A stretch of DNA of 63,769 nt, filler included, from Folioceros fuciformis (taxonomy: Eukaryota), in assembly GCA_049999805.1 (NCBI GenBank). It is 6 parts of 6 records of this genome, joined end to end, with 100 filler letters (N's around TTAATTAATTAA, not from the genome) between each part and the next. Parts side by side here need not be neighbours in the genome. Positions count along the whole stretch, not along the records: positions 59,514 to 61,739 come from JBNGIO010001862.1; positions 61,840 to 63,769 come from JBNGIO010001869.1; 4 more parts are not named here. One strand, given 5' to 3'. Positions 59,514-63,769 of this stretch are shown in pieces; position 1 is the stretch's first letter, and every line of letters begins with the position of its first letter. The notes beneath the pieces are model-generated. The model did no database searches. It was given only the letters and a program-made list of their open reading frames with translations, and was not told where the DNA came from. The position numbers were made by a program, and so were the translations under genes.

Positions 59514-61739
59514 GTGATAGGCTTCCGACCCGGAGGCAAGTCCGCTAACTCCCATGTGTTGTTCTTGATCAGTGAATTATACTCATCAGCAATTGATAGC
59601 TTCCAATGCTCACCATCAGGTCCTTCCAAGGCCTCACGATATGTCCGAGGATCGGGCCTAACTTCTGGTATGGAAATAGCTGAAACATTTGCTGAAGATT
59701 GCCTAAAGTCTACAGACTGATATGGCTGTTCTAACCACTGATCACGAGTGCGACGCTCTCTCATTGGATATCTTGAACCTGGATCTGCTGTTGAAGCAGG
59801 CTGGACAACAGAATCATAATGACCAGCAACCTCATCGTCAATAGAAGCATGAGAAGAAGTGGACTGAGCATCATCTTGTCCATCTGGAGCAGGTACATAA
59901 CCTCCCACGGGAGATGCAGGAGGCGGAGACGTAGGCAATGGAGCACTCTCCAAAACGCCATCTGTTTGTGGAAAATCCACCTGAACCGGAGCACAATCAT
60001 CCTCCAACACATCTCCTGAAAGGTCTAATGAATCCGAAGAAAGGGTGGTGGAAGAAGCAGGTTGTGGAGAAGTTATCTCATTAAAAGTAACACTCCTAGC
60101 CAAGGTCACTTTAGAAGTGTGAGAATCAAACAACTTATAAGCTTTGGATTCTTCTCAGTAGCCAAGGAAAATGAGAGGCTTAGACCGTGCATCTAACTTC
60201 CCCCTCTTGGCTTCAGGAATGAATGCAAAAGTAGGGGACCCAAAGACACGGAGATGAAGAAGGCTAGGCTTGCGACCCCAAAAAGCTTCATATGGAGTAT
60301 GACCTGGAAGAGCAGAAGTTACAATCCTATTCAAAATATAGGTGGCTGCAACGATCGCTTCAGCCCAGAACGATTTGGGAAGTCCTGCCCAAGCTAACAT
60401 ACTTCTCGTCATCCCCATCAAGGTTTGATTCTTCCTCTCTGCTACTCCATTTTGTTGTTGAGTATAAGCAACTGACAACTGGCGAATAATCCCATATTGG
60501 TGAAAGAGCTCATCAAACCTATGTCCAGTAAATTCTCCACCATTATCCGTGCGAAAACACTTAACTAAATGCCTTGTTTGTCTTTGAACCATAAGAATCC
60601 AAGAGGAAATATGCTCAAAAACATCAATCTTCAACTGCAAAGGAAAAGTCCATGTATAGCGTGAAAAATCATCGATAAGAGAGAGATAATATTCAGACCC
60701 ACCAAGTGATTTCATTGGAAGCTTTCCCGCTAAATCAGCATGTATCAACTCCAAAACTGCTTTAGCTCAAGTAGCCAAGTGATTCTTAAAGGGAAGCTCC
60801 TTCTGCTTTGACAAAATACACGCACTGCAGGATGCAAGGTGCTTGAAGCAAGGAGGCAGTTTCTCACGATAGCAGTTTGAGTGAGACATCAAATTAAGCT
60901 TAGCCTTATTAACATGACCTAAGCGTGCATGCCACAAACTAGCTTGAAGAGAAGAAGAAGGTACTAAAGCTTGGGCACTTAGCGAAGAAGGAGCAGATGA
61001 GTCTAGCTGGTACAAATCATCAACCAAAGTGGCTTTAGCAACATAATCCCATGGCAAATGTAATCTATAAATGTAACACTGCCTATGCTCAAAGCTAAAG
61101 CCAAAATCACCAACAGAAGTGATTGCTCTAACAGAGAGAAGATTTTTGCTCATGTAGGGAACATACAGTACATCAAAGAGCTGCAAACTAGTGCCATCTA
61201 GCAGAGGTATGCTAGCATGACCACTACCCTCCACTTCCAGTCCTCTAGAATCACCCACATAAACAATATGAAAAGGTGATTGATAGCTGAACTTAGAAAA
61301 CAACTTCCTGTTGTTGCAAATATGTGAAGTAGATCCGGAATCCACAAACCACATAGATGAATTCTCCTTGCTTGAGGTGAGACACACAGTCAACACAGAA
61401 CTGCTGCTTTTATGTTGCTGTTGTCCAGAAGGTGCTCCCTTGGTACTCACATGTGCCGTCGGACGAGCCTCCTTCTTAGGTTCACCTGCCTTTTTCTTCC
61501 TACAATCTCGCTCCCAATGCCCAAGAATTTGACACCAATTGCAGTTACCCTGGCGCTTAACAGGAAGAGAAGAAGATGGGACAAATGAGCTTCCCCCTTT
61601 CTTACTCTTATTGAACTGTCCTAGTCCTTTCCTTTTGCAACGTACAACTCCTTCCCTCCCCGGAGGCGAGACGAAGGTCCTGACTTATGGCAACTCTGTT
61701 CCTCTTGCAGGAGAGCCCCAATCAAGTCATTTAACGTTA
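59514..61739 (-). mobile_element. Ty1/copia gag-pol internal fragment, inactivated
   Basis: Domain order: gag end (TLNDLIGALLQEE), Zn knuckle CNWCQILGHWERDC, protease WFVDSGSTSH, LWHARLGH..CSAC, integrase (IHADL, IDDFSRYTW, RTDNGGEF, QQNGVAERKN), GKLDARS, then RT start (PRTYREAL...NNTWELADLPPGRKPI). Frameshift at ~61630 and in-frame TGA at 60767 and 60155. Confidence 0.96.
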
Positions 61740-61839
61740 NNNNNNNNNNNNNNNNNNNNNNNNNNNNNNNNNNNNNNNNNNNNTTAATTAATTAANNNNN
61801 NNNNNNNNNNNNNNNNNNNNNNNNNNNNNNNNNNNNNNN
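61740..61839. other. Artificial contig-join linker
   Basis: N44-TTAATTAATTAA-N44. Confidence 0.97.
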
Positions 61840-63769
61840 GGCCATCCATGATTACCCCCTGCTAACCATCCGTCCTTCCCCCCAATGCGGACTCTCCCCA
61901 GCCAGCCGCTAGGCGGCTGCCCGACTTCGAGATCCAACCTTGCCATGACGATCCAACCAACCCGCTTGGATCTGGGCCACTTGATTCGCCCCGGTCTTGA
62001 CGCTGGCACCCGCCCGCCTACCTCAGATCCCTCCCGGCTGCTTGTATCCACCCTGGCCTGCCTACCTTCCATTCTCTTGCCCGCATGTCGGCCACCCTCC
62101 TGCCTACCAGCCGCCAGCCTTCTTGGCCTGTCATGCCTCGATTCAGCCAGGTCGCTGTCTGGCCAGGGTCCAACCAGTCGACCTGGCTACCCGGATCCAC
62201 CCAGACCAGCCACAAGCAGCTGGGCCGCTGCTAGCCTCCGAATCCGGCCCGTTAGCCCGTTGAATCCCCCAGCCACCGGCCCTGCTAGCCACTACTGGCT
62301 GTCTGATGCCTGCCTGCAGCTGCCATCGCCAGCCAACCTACCTGATCTCCAGCAGCCAGGCCTGGCCTGGATCTCGCTCTGGCTGGCCGCCTACCGGTCT
62401 AGGCTTCTCAGCTGCCAACTCCAGCCAGGCCGCCTACCTGCTGCTGCCTGAGATCTGGCCAGGCCGTTGCCTAAATTCCCTCAGCCCGTCCACTAGTCAG
62501 CCAGGTCGCCTACCTCCCGGATCCACCTAGCTAGTCGGCCTGCTGGATCTAGCCTGTAAGGCCGTACCCAGCCCGCCACCAGCCAGTAGCTGCGGCCAGC
62601 CGCCTCGACAGCCAGCTCCCTGCTAGCCTGTCGCCAGCCTGAGCCTCCCTTGCTGGCCAGCACGGCCTAAATTAGCCCAAGGCCCGTCTAGCTACGATCC
62701 AACGCTGCCTCAAGCTGTCTAGCCTTGCCTCTCTAGCTGCAGCCAGGCCGGCCCTCTATCTATCTGTCTTGGCAGCCAGGCCTGCCTTCCCCGGCCAGGT
62801 GGCTACCTGGCTGCCTGGCTGGATCCGCCTACCAGCAAGGCCACACACCGCCCTCCTGGCCAACTCGCTTAGGCCACCCACCTGCTTGGCCTGCTTGCGT
62901 TGGGCTGGACTAGCCCCAGCCAGCCCAGCCAGCCTGCATGGCTTCGAGATCTGGCCCTGTCCGGCCTGCCGGTTCCGTCTACCAGCCTGCAGATCCTCCC
63001 TGGCCAGGATTCCCCTCAGCCCGCCGGCCTGCTCCTGCTGCTGGTCGGGCGCTGCCCGCGCCGCAAGGGTGCCTGCCCGCTCTCCTGGATCTAGCCAAGC
63101 AGCCCTCTCACGGGACCGCTTGTTGTAGCCCCTAGCTAGCCCCCTCGCGATCCTGGCCAGCCAGCCTTGGCTGCCTGGATCTCGACGCCGTGCCTGCTAG
63201 GTCACCCACCCGCCAGCTACCAGGTTGCCTGCCTGCAGCCAGGCTAGGGTGCCTCCCCGTAGCCGGGTGTCCGTGCTGTTTGCCCAGCCCTTGCAACCCC
63301 TACTCTCCGTAGCCGGGCCGCTGCTGGCCCGGTCCTCCTCTAGGCACCGGCCTGGCTTAGATCCACCCCGGCCTCCCGCCTGCCAAGCCTGACCACATCC
63401 CGAATCCGGCTGCCGCTACCAATCTGGTTCGGCACCCTCCCACTTGGATGTCGACTCGCCAGCCGCTTGGCTGCATGGCTCTGGCACTACCACAGCCCGC
63501 CGAAGTGCCCTGCCCCTGACTGCGATCCAGCCCGCTTTCCTCGCCTACAGCTTGGCCGACTGGCCAGAGGCCACTAAACGACCTCTAGCCTCCAGATCCA
63601 ACCAGGCAGCCAACCTGCTCGACCTGGCTGCCCGCTGGATTCAACCGCTGGTCGGGGCTGCCGCTTGCAGCAGCTGCCTGCCTGCATCCAAGCAGCCTAG
63701 CCCACCGACTACCTAGTCTGCCAGTTCGGATCCGTCGCCAAGCCGCCCCGCTGATCCACCTAGGACTGT
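61840..63769. repeat. C-rich cryptic (non-periodic) repeat block
   Basis: Mosaic of GCCAGCC, CCTGGCC, GCCTACC and (G/A)GATCC/GATCT words with a strong C>G skew and no recognisable protein. Confidence 0.75.

Noticed and set aside
60155-60769. Programmed TGA read-through or selenocysteine in the copia pol
   Set aside because: The stops fall at ordinary positions and a frameshift is also present, so simple decay explains them.
61885-63716. Pro/Ala/Leu-rich ORFs in the C-rich block
   Set aside because: They are by-products of low-complexity GC-rich composition, with no consistent frame or domain.

Overview
Gene-dense nuclear DNA from a land plant with short GT-AG introns and about 50% GC. The PPR style and gene content suggest a non-seed plant, possibly a hornwort (inference). 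The window is six contigs joined by five artificial 100-bp N44-TTAATTAATTAA-N44 linkers, so adjacency across linkers is unproven. It holds 19 protein-coding loci: SSADH, eIF3c, a coiled-coil protein, a PsaN-related protein, a transferrin-like protein, a TBC RabGAP, a Deg/HtrA protease, a small plastid protein, an FkbM-type methyltransferase, GILT, PWP2, ISD11, a decayed PLS-PPR, D-cysteine desulfhydrase, INTS6, pBRP1, a frameshifted Gnk2/DUF26 gene, EF1A and a partial LpxB. Repeats include a dead Ty1/copia fragment, a LINE relic, small tandem duplications and a 1.9-kb C-rich cryptic repeat. The three strongest leads are: (1) a 7-exon secreted single-lobe transferrin-like protein with a Pro-rich stalk, a probable GPI anchor and a remodelled iron site; (2) a full-length Integrator subunit 6; (3) a ginkbilobin-2-like gene hidden by one frameshift. 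All gene models were spliced by hand and no database searches were run.
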